In this document: positions 52,571-64,000 of the stretch, piece after piece
How the letters are laid out: each line of letters opens with the position of its first letter
Position numbering within the stretch: the first letter of the stretch is position 1
Program-made: the position numbers and the translations under genes
NCBI GenBank assembly: GCA_051362555.1
Contig: CM120640.1
Coordinates: 66,194,788-66,258,787 of the forward strand
Reading direction: 5' to 3'
Length of the DNA stretch: 64,000 nt
DNA from: Lingula anatina
Taxonomy: Eukaryota; Animalia; Brachiopoda
Notes under the pieces: generated by a model
Database searches by the model: none
Told to the model about the DNA's origin: nothing
The model's input: the letters and a program-made list of their open reading frames with translations, nothing else

Positions 52571-53779
52571 TTTTAATTTTTTGGGAGCTGTTATGCCCCT
52601 ATTCTGGGGAGTCACCCAGCTATATGTTCGTTGCCTAGTCGGTTTTCCAGATATCCCTGTTTTTACGTGCACGGCTAAGCTGAGGCTGTTGCCTGCATGG
52701 ATTTTCTCTGGCGGCGGACTAGGAGATGTTTAATTTTTTGCACTTATTATATCTATATGGCTCATGCCATATCTACCCAGGCTATTCGTTGGGTTTATGC
52801 CGGGTTTATATGTTCTCTGTACAAGTGTATATTTTATTCATATTACTTATTCCGTTTACTTACTTGAATTACCTGGCCCGGGAAATTTTTATTACTGAAT
52901 TGTCTTATATATAAATGCAACTGCCTTCGGTCTTCTTAGTTTCCTTTGTTTTTATGTTACCATGCCTTCCAAGACCCCTCCCGGGTGGAGTACCGTAAGC
53001 GGTCCAGGATGTCGGTTGTCTCCAATGCGCGCTCATTATCCAGCAAACGACGATTGGCTCCTGCATCCACTGCTCCTGGTGGAAAGAAGCCGTGTCACAC
53101 CGGCACAGTAATGCCGTGCGCTTCTTCTTCTCCCGACTCCTCCCTGCAAGAGACTAACGTTCAGCAGCAGATACCCTGTACCCAGTATCAGCAGACTCTC
53201 GACACTGTAAACACACGGGTCCAGCCGATGAAATTGGAAGTGATCCACTTGCCCTCGTAAAAATCGCTGATTTCCCTTTATCTTTGGACTGAAGTTTTTT
53301 TTTTGTTTTTGTTTTTGTTTTCAGCGATTTTCTAACAAAAAATTTATATGATTCTGTAAACTTACTTACGTACGGCTTATCTATTAGAACATTAAGAAGC
53401 TCCTTATGCTAATGCTTGGCGTCTTTATGATGACGCCTTTTGCAACTTACGACCAACACTACTGGTCCCGTGGGATAAGTTATCCCCGTGTTACCGTTAA
53501 AAGTGGCAACCATGAATACCCCCCCCCCTTTTTTACGTCCCTTTTGTCTAGGCATCTTTTTTTTTTGCTTTTTATAAAAGGGAGTAATACACCTTTAGTC
53601 TATGCTAATTTAGCACTGTTGCCAGTACTGGGATCCCATCCTAAAATCTATTGCCCCACATCCCACGCCCAGTTACAGACCCCGCCTACAACATTGTCTA
53701 ACAACTCCAATTACCCATTCCCTGTTACAATTGGTACTTAAGGTTAGGATCCTCATCAGGTGATTTTCTCATCAATATA

Positions 53780-54291
53780 TTTCCAAGGGTTCCTGCCTTC
53801 ATTGCACCACCACTCCTAGCATTCACGCATTTCATAATCATTTATCAGCCCGTACTCATCCTGAAGCGATTTTGGATTATATTAATCAGGTTTATCCTCT
53901 GGGCGGATTGCTGGCCAAATTTTATCTCCCTCTTCCATATTTTAAATGTTCACCATTACCCATTATTACTAACTCTGAACCTTATAAATTCCGTGTTATT
54001 CGCGACCTTTCTTATCCCCACCTGGACTCGGTTAATTCTAATATACCCAGAGTATTTTCTGTACAACTCAATATATTATACGATTATCGCCCATGTCCAA
54101 CATTTCGGCCCTGGTGCTCTTTTAGCTAGGTCTGACATTCTAGATGTTTTCCGCATTTCAGCTCTTAGCCCTTTGGTTTATCATCTTCTTTGTTTCTCTT
54201 GGAATGAATTTTTTATTTTGAAACATGTCTGCCAATGGGTGCAAGTCGTTCGTGCCAAATATTTATCACTGAGCACAGCTCTAAAATGGAT

Positions 54292-54348
<57 letters not shown>

Positions 54349-54473
54349 TGCCTCGGCCATATCCTATATATTGGATGATTTTTCTTTCATTGGACCCCCA
54401 TTTCCAATAACTGTCAAGTTAATTTACAAAATTTTCTTGTATTATGCAAACGGAGTAAGGTTCCCATTAATGG

Positions 54474-54529
<56 letters not shown>

Positions 54530-55030
54530 TTATTCCGACCACTTGTTCAACTACTTGCGGCGTTGAAATAGATTCGCTAGTAGGTCGTGTGCCACAGGAC
54601 AAATTGGAAAAGTATTATGTTTTAGTTTCCTAGCTTTCTCAAAGGAGAATAGGTACAATTAAAAGAGTTACATCTCTTATGGGTTTTAAACTTTGCATGC
54701 TTAGGCGTAGTGCCGGGCAGGGCTTTCTTACGCCGCTAAATTCATTTAACTGTTGGTGTTAGGCGCCCCCGTCATTATATTCGACTCAATAGTGAAGCAA
54801 GAGCGGACCTAGGCATGTGGCTTCATTTTTCACATTACTTAATGGAAAATCGGTCCTGCTGCCTTCATCATGACAATCGTCAGATACCTTACACTTGTTT
54901 ACAAATGCCTCGGGGTCAATAGGTTATGCGGCGGTCTTTGGCTGTCAGTGATTCTTTATGAATGGGTTGCGGTTGTTGCACTTTGGCATATCACAGTTAA
55001 AGAACCGTTTCCTATATTTCTTGCTTTGAA
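53780..55030 (+). pseudogene. Decayed DIRS-type reverse transcriptase / RNase H
   Basis: Fragments KFRVIRDLSYP..SVNSNI, GPGALLARSDILDVFR, CLPMG, YILDDF, NFACLGVVPGRAFLRR, LNSEARADLGMW and HITVKEPFPI lie in shifting frames. Poly(A) expansions at about 54296-54343 and 54476-54527. Confidence 0.8.
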
Positions 55031-55409
55031 TTTTTCGTTATCTCAGCTGTTTGAGTCCGACAGGTACATCTCGCCCTCTCCTTTGCCAAGTGCAAGCCTT
55101 CTTCTGTTATCGACGAACTTTTACGCATATGTTAGGTCCTTTATTTCAGTTTATTGATGGAACACCGGTCACTTATTCTTATGTTTCTTCGTAATTATCC
55201 AAAGCCCTTGCTTTTTCAGGATAGTTATATAGCGGTATTGTTTTTATAATTATGTGTGTTTCATGTTTCAAAAAAAAAAAAAAAAAAAAAAAATACAGGG
55301 TGGGATCACCATTTTACTGCCTTATGCCTTATTTGGCTCCCTTAATTTTATTCATGGTTGCCAGTTTCTCTTCCTATCCCTCATTCACCTGTAGCTAGTT
55401 CTTCATGGG

Positions 55410-55494
<85 letters not shown>

Positions 55495-56787
55495 TAGTAG
55501 CACTCAGGATTCAGATATAATGTCAGATGTTGTTTATCATTCCATTTTTTTTTTTTTTCACAAGCACTCCTCGGTTGGCGGGGATGTGAGCTTCTCTCAC
55601 ATCATATGGCCTTTTATTTTCATTTGCGCCAACTTTTTGCTCCTATAGCTGTTGTGATTTCTCATATTTTTCATAATTAATCCTGGTTACATTTCATTAA
55701 CATACTTTATTATTTTTATATTTAGCACTTATATAGTTTGGGGGATGTTTATTATCTCCCCAGTTTTGTAACTTTGTATCTTATTAGTTTTCGTCATTAA
55801 TAAATGACAATTTCAGTCATATGGACTTATCCTACTTAATTTGGAGCAAAAACAGAGCTTCGTTGTGCTTGTGAACATTTGGCTACATAAAACTACAATT
55901 AAGAGAATTAATTGTATTTATGTAGCAAATGGTTTGTTTTAGTGGTGCTATTAACTTTTTGGTAATACATCAACGTTTTGTTTGGGTCTTGTGTCTGCAC
56001 GTTTTGACCTTAAGTAGTTAACCAAGACAAGGTGTTAACAGATGTCCAGGGTTAAGGAATGTCTTAGCTGCTGTGTATCAAGGCACACACAAGTATATTC
56101 TATGAAAGATGTTTTGGAGATTAATTCCATCGAGCTGCATTCAGTGAGAAGTCATTCAGCTTTGTAGCTGCGGATATATTTACCCGCAGTTTTAGCAGCT
56201 ACACTGTATTATTACTTACGTTTCTTTATTGTTATTTGTACACCCTCCACCCTCCCCTACCACCTGCCTTCATCCTTGTGGTGTTTTTAACACTTAGACT
56301 TATTTACTTTCAAGCGGCACCTGTGTGACATAATTAAGGGGGGCACCTATTTGGACAGTGCCACTTTGCCTCTGGTGGGCCTGCTAATCAGAGGCATATG
56401 AGTTCAGTTATTCAGGAGACAGTTAATGCTCTCCCTCACTTTTCTCGTAAAATTCACAACATTAAGAAGTGCATTATTCAGGAGTTTTCGGCCTTTTATT
56501 TTCATTTGCGCCAACTTTTTGCTCCTATAGCTGTTGTGATTTCTCATATTTTTCATAATTAATCCTGGTTACATTTCATTAACATACTTTATTATTTTTA
56601 TATTTAGCACTTATATAGTTTGGGGGATGTTTATTATCTCCCCAGTTTTGTAACTTTGTATCTTATTAGTTTTCGTCATTAATAAATGACAATTTCAGTC
56701 ATATGGACTTATCCTACTTAATTTGGAGCAAAAACAGAGCTTCGTTGTGCTTGTGAACATTTGGCTACATAAAGTAGATTTTATTAA

Positions 56788-56999
56788 AGGCCCACTCCAC
56801 GGGATTTTCCTTTCCAAAATGAATTTTCTGGTATGAAGAGCAATATTTCCTTACTCAAAACTTACTGTTTGGCCCGTCCCTGTACAGAGTACTTACATTT
56901 GATGCTTTGTTTCATTTTAAATTTGGTTTAAAAAGACTGACCAGACAAAGAAACGACATCTGTCGTCACGTGCATAGCCTCGTTTTTACACAAGAAAAT

Positions 57000-57032
<33 letters not shown>

Positions 57033-57289
57033 GGAGGGTATGGTGGTCCTGTGCCGTGTATAGACAAATATTGCAAGCTGGCAAATTACTACCCAAGGAG
57101 GCTCAAATGATAATAACAACACAAGTTATGCTTAAGATAATCTTTTATCTAAAGGGTTTTATTGTCTTTTGAGTCTGAATTGGGAATTATTATAAGTTTT
57201 ACAGTTCAGTTCATGACCGTGGGGATATCAAAGCTTGGAGAGAACCTCAAGAAATTCATTTTGACAGGAAAATACCATGGAGTGGCTCT
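56788..57289. mobile_element. MITE with TTAA TSD (Kolobok-type)
   Basis: Ends ttaa|AGGCCCACTCCACGGGATTTTCCTTTCCAAAATGAATTT and AAATTCATTTTGACAGGAAAATACCATGGAGTGGCTCT|ttaa. Internal poly-G at about 57000-57032. Confidence 0.75.
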
Positions 57290-57804
57290 TTAAGCCACAG
57301 GCGTTATTATATTGGATACCTGTTATTTGCCTGAGTAGTCCTCTGTGGATTTAAATATACTGATTATCATTGTTATATATTTCTTATATATTAAGTTTTT
57401 ATTTCAACGATGTAAAAACCAAGAACATGTTTTGTTTCCTTCTGAAACTAATAAGTTAGATTATTATTAGATTCTTTATTATTCAAATGTATGTTTCCTT
57501 TACTTTTGATTAAACACTGTTGAATGTCATTTGCACTTTCTTGTCTTTTTAAATTACACTTTTGAAGTGTCATTTTAGAAGTTTTCTTCCATAGGTGTAT
57601 AAATTTTTTGTGGAGAGCATTTAATGCTTCCAGCGCTTTGCCTCCATTTCTTTCGAATAAACGTTGTTATAAAAAAAAAATTCATGCAAGTTAAATCGAC
57701 TTACATGATTTTGCAATAATTCATTTTTCACAAAAAGGTGACCTTGCAATTAGATTTAATAAGCCACTATGACGATTTTCGCACCTGGTCATTTCCTTTC
57801 TCCT

Positions 57805-58730
57805 ACACTCTAAAGTTCGTAAACATGAAACAGAACACATTTTAAGTGTGCAAATGTTACAGTTTGAGAACGCTTTAAACAGTGTTCTGGCACTAGAACA
57901 GTAAGCGTTGTGAAATATAGAACACGGATCTAGGCCGTCTTCTGGGTCTTCTGGTGTATAAATTTTCGGTCAGATTTTCAGTTTACATTGTCAGCCATCT
58001 AGTGTTTTCTGTCGGAAGACGGTCAAAAATGGAAAATGGATCAACAAAGATAATTTGGAAGACTGTCAGAAAATATCTCTGGATCCACCCGTGATTTTTA
58101 TGTTCTTTTTTGTGTTTTGTTCAGAACACATTTCCATGTACATGTAAATTCAGAACACTTTTTACTTGTTTAAATGTTACATTTTGAGAACGCTTTAAAC
58201 AGTGTTCTGACGCTAGAACAGTAAGCGTTGTGAAATATAGAACACATTTTTATGTTCTTTTTTGTGTTTGTGTTTTAGAACACAATTACATATATTTCAG
58301 AACACTTTTTACGAGACCCGGCATACAAATTTGGCAGCAAGTTCTTTATTTTGACACTGTAATCTAAAAGATTTCTTTAAGTAACTTGAGTAAGTATATA
58401 AAAAGCTTCAATTTGACACTGGATTTTGACATGTCCAAAACAAGCTAGCAGCAGCTTAAAAAAACTTACATAAGTGTTTTCTTTGAAGCATGGATACTTC
58501 GTTAATGTCGTTTCAATACCAAGTCCCATATCATCCTCACTTAGGAGTGCCATTTGGTGTGGTCGTGTGCTCCGCAGCAACGCCCTTACATGCTTCCAAT
58601 TTTTCTAAGTCCAAGCAGTCTGCAGTTCCTGCACGTGACGCTCTACATCCTCAGGACTTTCTACATGTTGCTCAACTACTGGTTAGTTCATGTATGTCTT
58701 CATCTTTTTCAATGCTGATGTGGTAGGTCA
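57805..58730 (-). mobile_element. Probable CACTA/EnSpm-like remnant
   Basis: CACTCTAAA-type end at about 57805 and reiterated AGAACAC/GTGTTCT subterminal motifs. A duplicated block of about 75 bp at about 57850 and 58170. A minus-strand decayed exon ESPEDVERHVQELQTAWT*KNWKHVRALLRSTR...KYPCFKENTY|gtaagt resembles SAMD3-like transposon accessory ORFs (recalled, not searched). Confidence 0.35.
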
Positions 58731-59150
58731 GGCCTACCCAACTACCAGACTCAGCACTAAGGATCCTGAATTAACCGGTATATCGGACCACACTACCCGT
58801 TTTCAAGATGTGTGTGTCAGATCGCATTTCGGAGTATCAGTCAGAACACAGACAGGATGAGCCCACGCTCGGCTGTCACCTTGATTGGATAGTAAACGAT
58901 TGTCTTAAAATCGCTATATGATTTTAAAACCACTTTTGAAAGCCACCTAGATGAACCTTAGACTGCCACATTAATCTAATACAATGCAAAAAAAGCCCTA
59001 TCAAAAGTGGTTAAAACATTCAAACCGAATGTCGTAAAGTCCCCATATACCCCCATAGAGACAATAAAATACAGGCCTACCCAACTACCAGACTCAGCAC
59101 ATAAGGATCCTGAATTAACTGGTATATCGGACCACACTACCCGTTTTCAA
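58729..59150 (+). repeat. Direct repeat pair of about 80 bp
   Basis: CAGGCCTACCCAACTACCAGACTCAGCAC...ACCCGTTTTCAAG at about 58729-58807 and 59072-59151. Confidence 0.8.
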
Positions 59151-59176
59151 GGTGTGCGCAAGTGTCTCGATTCCAT

Positions 59177-59267
59177 GGCCCCGTATCTCGAAATAGAATC
59201 GGTTATGGAATCGAGACGCTTGCAAGCGCACGTGCGCAACATGGCGAACCTTTCGAGATACGGGGCC
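59177..59267. mobile_element. Very short Harbinger-like MITE
   Basis: Perfect 17-bp TIR GGCCCCGTATCTCGAAA / TTTCGAGATACGGGGCC around a 57-bp core. TSD not evident. Confidence 0.6.
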
Positions 59268-60178
59268 TGGTCCCCAATTGTTGACAATATGTTGTAGCAA
59301 AAGGAGGCCACTTCTGTGATCATAAAGACCACACCCTTGCAGGGGTCCCATTGACACCGAGGTGGACTTGACCAAATCACTGAATGGAGAAAGTGGTGAC
59401 ATTACAATTTCTTCAGAGATTTTATCTGAAGCTAATTAAATTTACGAATAAAAAAAGTAACTGCATGAAACATTAGTACAGTAGTGGAAAATGACTGAAA
59501 TAAAATGACTGATATATGTCCAAAGAGGTGCATGAACTTTTAATGAAATGTACAGAAATTACCAACACAGATCAATTGAGTCATCATTACATACAGGAAA
59601 ACAATGCTTTTGACATTTTTAATAGAAACCAAAATTTTATTCGTCATTACTTTTAAAAATAATTTCTAGCCAAAATGTAGTATGGCATTCCTGTGTGCAA
59701 AAAAGCAGACTTTCGAGAACTGAAGGAAGTTTTACTGTATTATGTAAGCATGTATATACCTTTATCCACATTCAGCAAAATAGTCTCATCAATCTTGAAA
59801 GGCTCATGGGATGTAGGGCCAGGCTGAAGGATTACAACAAGTCACATCCTGCTCCAAGACTATGCTTATGCCTTGAGACCTGATGAATCATTTCATGATG
59901 TTTCCTCCTAACATGTATATTATAACACTGCCAATTTTTTGTGGTGTAGGCACATGCACCAATACAACAAGCCACTGCAAATTTTTAGTCATGTTGATGG
60001 TTGCGAATAAAATGTTTGCTAAAAAGTTGATAACTGTGATTGGCAATTTCACTTAAAGCACTCTCCTGTCAAAAGACAATAGGTCGCGCTGTGCTTTATT
60101 TCGTGTAAAGTCACGTCATCCACGAATGCGTTCCACGCACCAGTGCACAGGGTTAATTACTCGTGCTTTAAGCCAGAT

Positions 60179-60209
60179 CAAGAAGTTATAATGACATTAT
60201 AACTTCTTG
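60179..60209. mobile_element. 31-nt perfect palindromic insertion with 7-bp TSD (putative P-superfamily excision footprint)
   Basis: GCCAGAT|CAAGAAGTTATAATG-A-CATTATAACTTCTTG|GCCAGAT. Confidence 0.7.
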
Positions 60210-60215
60210 GCCAGA

Positions 60216-60324
60216 TAAAGCACTCGGCGCTGAGCTTTACGAGAACTAGAGCAGATAATTGTCTCGGCTTCGCCTCGCCAATTATCTGCTCTATTTCTCG
60301 TAAAGCTCAGCGCCTCGTACTTTA
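60216..60324. repeat. Palindromic element end with a CGGCTTCGCCTCG centre
   Basis: GGCGCTGAGCTTTACGAGAACTAGAGCAGATAATTG mirrored by CAATTATCTGCTCTATTTCTCGTAAAGCTCAGCGCC. Confidence 0.8.
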
Positions 60325-61399
60325 CCTATACCTTAGACCACGGTGGAAGTGAAGAACAAAAAACCCAGACGTAGTCCCTTACCTACACTGGTCTATCGTT
60401 TCATTGTGTGAAAAGCTCCAGTGGCCAGACAATTTTCACGGTGCCATGAAGATAAACAGTTAAAAAATACCCACAAAAAATTCGGCAACCGTAGGATGCG
60501 CCAACATATAGATAATTGCGATGGTATTTATGCCGAAATATCAAAATGAATAGCCCTGCCGTTCCAATCGGCAATCCTCGACTGTCGAGTGCGGAGACAT
60601 CCGAGTAGTTCCAAGTGCTGCCGTTCTACCCTTTAAACCAATCAAAGCAACGGAAAGGGGTCACGTGATCACTTGACCTACATCTCATCGATGTAAACAA
60701 TGAATTTCCATGCGAAGCTTGCACATTTAATAGATGATTCCCATGCGTTGTTTCAATAAAAAAATAAGTCCTAGGTTTTTAAAATCGATGTCAATATCGA
60801 GAGAAAGATTTAAATAGTTGGAGAATACGTGTATTTTAGGTGTATTTATATAATTGGCTAAATGATGACGTGAATTCACGGTTAAAAGGTATGTAGTATA
60901 GCCCGTACACTGTGCATTGTACCACTTCTACAATCGCACACAGGTCACACTATTACCCAATATAGTGATGATATAATCACTTGCATGTATGTTCAGTAAT
61001 GTTACATTGAATGCATTTTAAATTCTCAGGTGTGTTAAAGCGCATATAATCACTTAAAATTATTTGACTCAATATTTTACACTGATAAATAGTACAAACT
61101 AGGTATTCATGTGGGCTGTCTGTTTATGAAGCTGGCAAGTGCTCAAAAAATTATTTCAAAAATATGTAAGTGCTTCACTAGGTAGAATAATTGAGTTTTT
61201 TATGTTCAAGTTTATCTTTAAATTGCAGAGGTACAATTTTTAAAGAAGTTTGATAATTGCAATTAATTGCAGCATTGTCTAGTAACAACAGCATATTAAA
61301 AGAAATAACAGCTCACATTTAACAAGGCTTTTATGATATATATATAATATATTTTTTCCAACTTAATTATTTAAACTGTGAAATTATAACTTTCTACAT

Positions 61400-61900
61400 T
61401 TCTTGTGCATATCTGAAAAAGATTAATAAAATGCCATTCGAACAGGTACACTTAAAATTTTGCAAATGGATTTTAGGTCTAAGAAAGCAGGCTAGCAATA
61501 CCATTTTTAGAGCTGAGCTTGGCAGTTACCCTATTATTTCAACTATAACTAAACCTGTCTAAAGATTAGTCTTAGACTGGAACAACTACTAGTAGATAAT
61601 AGAACTGTAAATCAGGTGCACAGTCTTGAGCAAGATACAAAGGGAAACACATGGACAGAATCTATCCGAAGATAACAACCCACCAAAGAAATTATATCAA
61701 ATAGAAAACCTTTTGGAAATATTGAACATAAAAATCGAAAAACACTTCTGGCAGGAATTAAATAGCTCAATCTCAAACAAATTAAGGACATACAAAACAA
61801 TAAAAAAATATTATGAATGTGAAAATTACATCAAAATGAGTGTCTCCCCATTAAATATCAAAACACTTGCAAAAATTAGACTAAGTGACCACAACTTTTT
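61400..61900 (+). pseudogene. 5'-truncated, decayed LINE ORF2 3' fragment, related to but distinct from the intact LINE
   Basis: PFEQVHLKFCKWILGL..RAELG and KLRTYKTIK..ENYI..TLAKIRLSDH parallel the ORF2 C-terminus at about 20480-21010. Stops and frameshifts present. Confidence 0.8.
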
Positions 61901-63214
61901 TTTTACAAATAGTGCAGATAGCTGGCAGCACTGGTGACTTTGATATACCAAACCCTGAGACTGATCTCAATTTCTTGGGAGATGGACCTTGTATTTTGGG
62001 AAGAGTATAACTGGTTGATGGTTCTGTAAAAGAAGCAAAATAACATTTTACTTTTCATACCATATATATTAGTGCATTATAATGTGCAGATACTGACTAC
62101 TACAGAAACAACTTTAACGTTGGATAAATATTCAAGTGGGTGTAACAAAGATATGTAAAAATAGTAATGTGCTCAAAATTCAGTTATAAAAACAGTTGCC
62201 CTGTATAAATAAAAAGACAACATAGAATACATATTTCAAATAAAAACATCTGGATACCTGGATACACAAATGATTTAGCAAATACAGAGCAGACCGCAAA
62301 TCCTTGATTGTTGCAAGTGCAATTGTATATACAATCACTATGATTTAACTATAAAATAAATGAATAATAATGAAATAAGATAAGACAGTCGCATGTGAGT
62401 TTATCACATGATTGACACCAAGTGATATTGACAACTATAATTACATATATCCTCATGATTCAAAGGGCATAGGGTAGGTATAGGATTCAATGTATTAGTG
62501 GCTCAGCATGTTCCTTTTATGAGGAACTAAGCTGTAACAAACTATAGGCAAATGAGACCCACTGTTTAATATTTGTTGCAACTAAGACAAATTAATCAAG
62601 CTTAAAGATCTAATAATTAATAGGGAGCCCACTAGCATTCTGCTGCCCAGATTAATATCAGATGCCTTGAATAAAAGTGACTCTTCTCTTTAAACTGAAC
62701 TATATCTACCAGTCACCCTACTCATTATCATTATTCCTTAATTGATACTGTTTGTCAACGTATTTCTTTATTGATACTATTTATGTATACCTTTACTGAT
62801 TCTATTCATAAGGGAAAGTTACAAGGATTATTCCTAACAGTCCTAATTAAATTAATCACATTGCAGCTTGTTCTGTGAAAAGCTATCCTACTTTTTCTGG
62901 CTCACAAGATACAGTAAATATTCCCTAAAATACATTCTCATTGAAGTTGGGCTTAGCCTATACATATTTATATTCACTAATGGTTGCACATGTGCAGCAA
63001 TGTATTGGGGGGGGAGGAACACTCCACAAATAACATAAAAGATTCTACCATGATACTTAAGCCTCTGTCTCATAAAATCCCACCATAACATTTGTTTGTA
63101 TATCTTGTTGTGTGAAGCCTTACATTATTTTGTGTAAATGCAATGCTAATTATGATAAATATGGATGAACTAATAATGAGATGTTAATCATGGCAAGAAC
63201 ATACAGCTAGCTTA

Positions 63215-63411
63215 GGCTGTATTCCCAGAGCTTTTAGATTGATCTGTCCCCGCGGGGAGTCTAACTAGATTACTGTCAGATAATCCGGCTTAAATGTCCG
63301 TCCCGCCTACTACAAGCTGTAAGGGGGTATTTAACTTTCGTGTCCGCCCCACTGACAGCTGTTTAGCGTGAACCCCTAAAGTAGATCTATCTAATCTCTG
63401 GAAATGGGGTC
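63215..63411. mobile_element. Harbinger-like MITE
   Basis: TTA on both sides. Imperfect TIR GGCTGTATTCCCAGAG / CTCTGGAAATGGGGTC. Confidence 0.5.
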
Positions 63412-63628
63412 TTATTCAACAGAGAGGAGTTGTTTCATATCTTAAAACCTTTAAGTATTTACAAATAAAATAATAATAACACTAATAAACTTTTTTATCA
63501 TTTTCTTATTTTCTTTCTTTCATATCACTTTTATCAGTCACATATTGATATGTAACATCAGCCACTTACAATGTAAACATCACACGATCGGGGCTGACTT
63601 AAAAACAAATTACAATATGTTGACATAC

Positions 63629-63988
63629 CTTCTTCAGCAGGACTGCCTTGTTTCTCAGCTTTCTCATACTTCTTTGCCGCCTGAGATAGCCCCTTCTTGT
63701 TAATTAGCTTTCTGTAGCAAGAAAAGTGACATCATGGTTTGGCTTCCAAATCGTCGAATCCTTATCTAAATCCGTACTGTACGGATCCACTGAACAGCAG
63801 CGGCTTCTCTGCTGCCAAATTTCAGCCATTGTTTCGCTGCGACTCTAAAAGTTTCCCAGCGAACACGTGTGATGGTATCTAGAGTCTCTTAATTAGCTAC
63901 CTTCTTCTATGTGCATGCAACACGAAAGATGAGAATTTGGCGAAGATTTCGCGTCTCCCTCCTCAGACTCTTCATTACAGCCGACCAT
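63629..63988 (-). pseudogene. Decayed first coding exon, probably the N-terminus of a DNA-transposon ORF (Academ-like, tentative)
   Basis: ATG at 63988 in the context aaagcagcATGG. Fragments SCCMH, TRVRWETFRVAAKQWL and *CHFSCYRKLINKKGL lie across frameshifts and stops, ending at donor GTATGT. Confidence 0.35.
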
Positions 63989-64000
63989 GCTGCTTTGTTT

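Larger units (their letters stand above)
50662..56773 (+). mobile_element. DIRS-superfamily (Ngaro-type, split direct repeat) retrotransposon, coding-decayed
   Basis: Repeat A1 50662-51016 = A2 55889-56243 (355 bp); repeat B1 55608-55891 = B2 56490-56773 (284 bp). Order is A1-interior-B1-A2-spacer-B2. The interior holds frameshifted RT and RNase H remnants. Confidence 0.85.

Noticed and set aside
53993-54571. Poly-lysine protein
   Set aside because: These are homopolymer A expansions within a decayed DIRS RT, and homopolymer lengths may also be sequencing-inflated.

Overview
AT-rich, intron-containing animal genomic DNA. The gene and transposon content looks like a marine invertebrate, probably a lophotrochozoan or mollusc (inference). 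Host genes were reconstructed by hand from GT-AG splice sites. (1) THOC6: + strand, 14 coding exons, 2074..31642. (2) A two-exon secreted PAN/apple-domain gene nested antisense in THOC6 intron 3 (5748..7385). (3) A convergent 9-exon classical SDR/FabG-like oxidoreductase (- strand, 36769..40652), with a decayed partial duplicate at about 43940..44190. (4) An intronless class A GPCR (45813..46832). Most of the rest is transposon-derived. There are three copies of a Helentron-type non-autonomous element (HINE/DINE-like) carrying 161-bp satellite arrays, and a second family carrying 146-bp arrays. A near-intact RTE-X/L2-like LINE has an ORF1 that reads as RNase H1 hybrid-binding domain + coiled coil + SGNH esterase once a 5-bp-TSD hAT-like insertion is removed. 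A DIRS/Ngaro-type element has apparently identical split direct repeats but dead ORFs. There are also many MITEs, long hairpins and tiny palindromic insertions that resemble P-element excision footprints. No rRNA, tRNA or CRISPR array was recognised. All family assignments come from motif recognition by eye; no database search was run.
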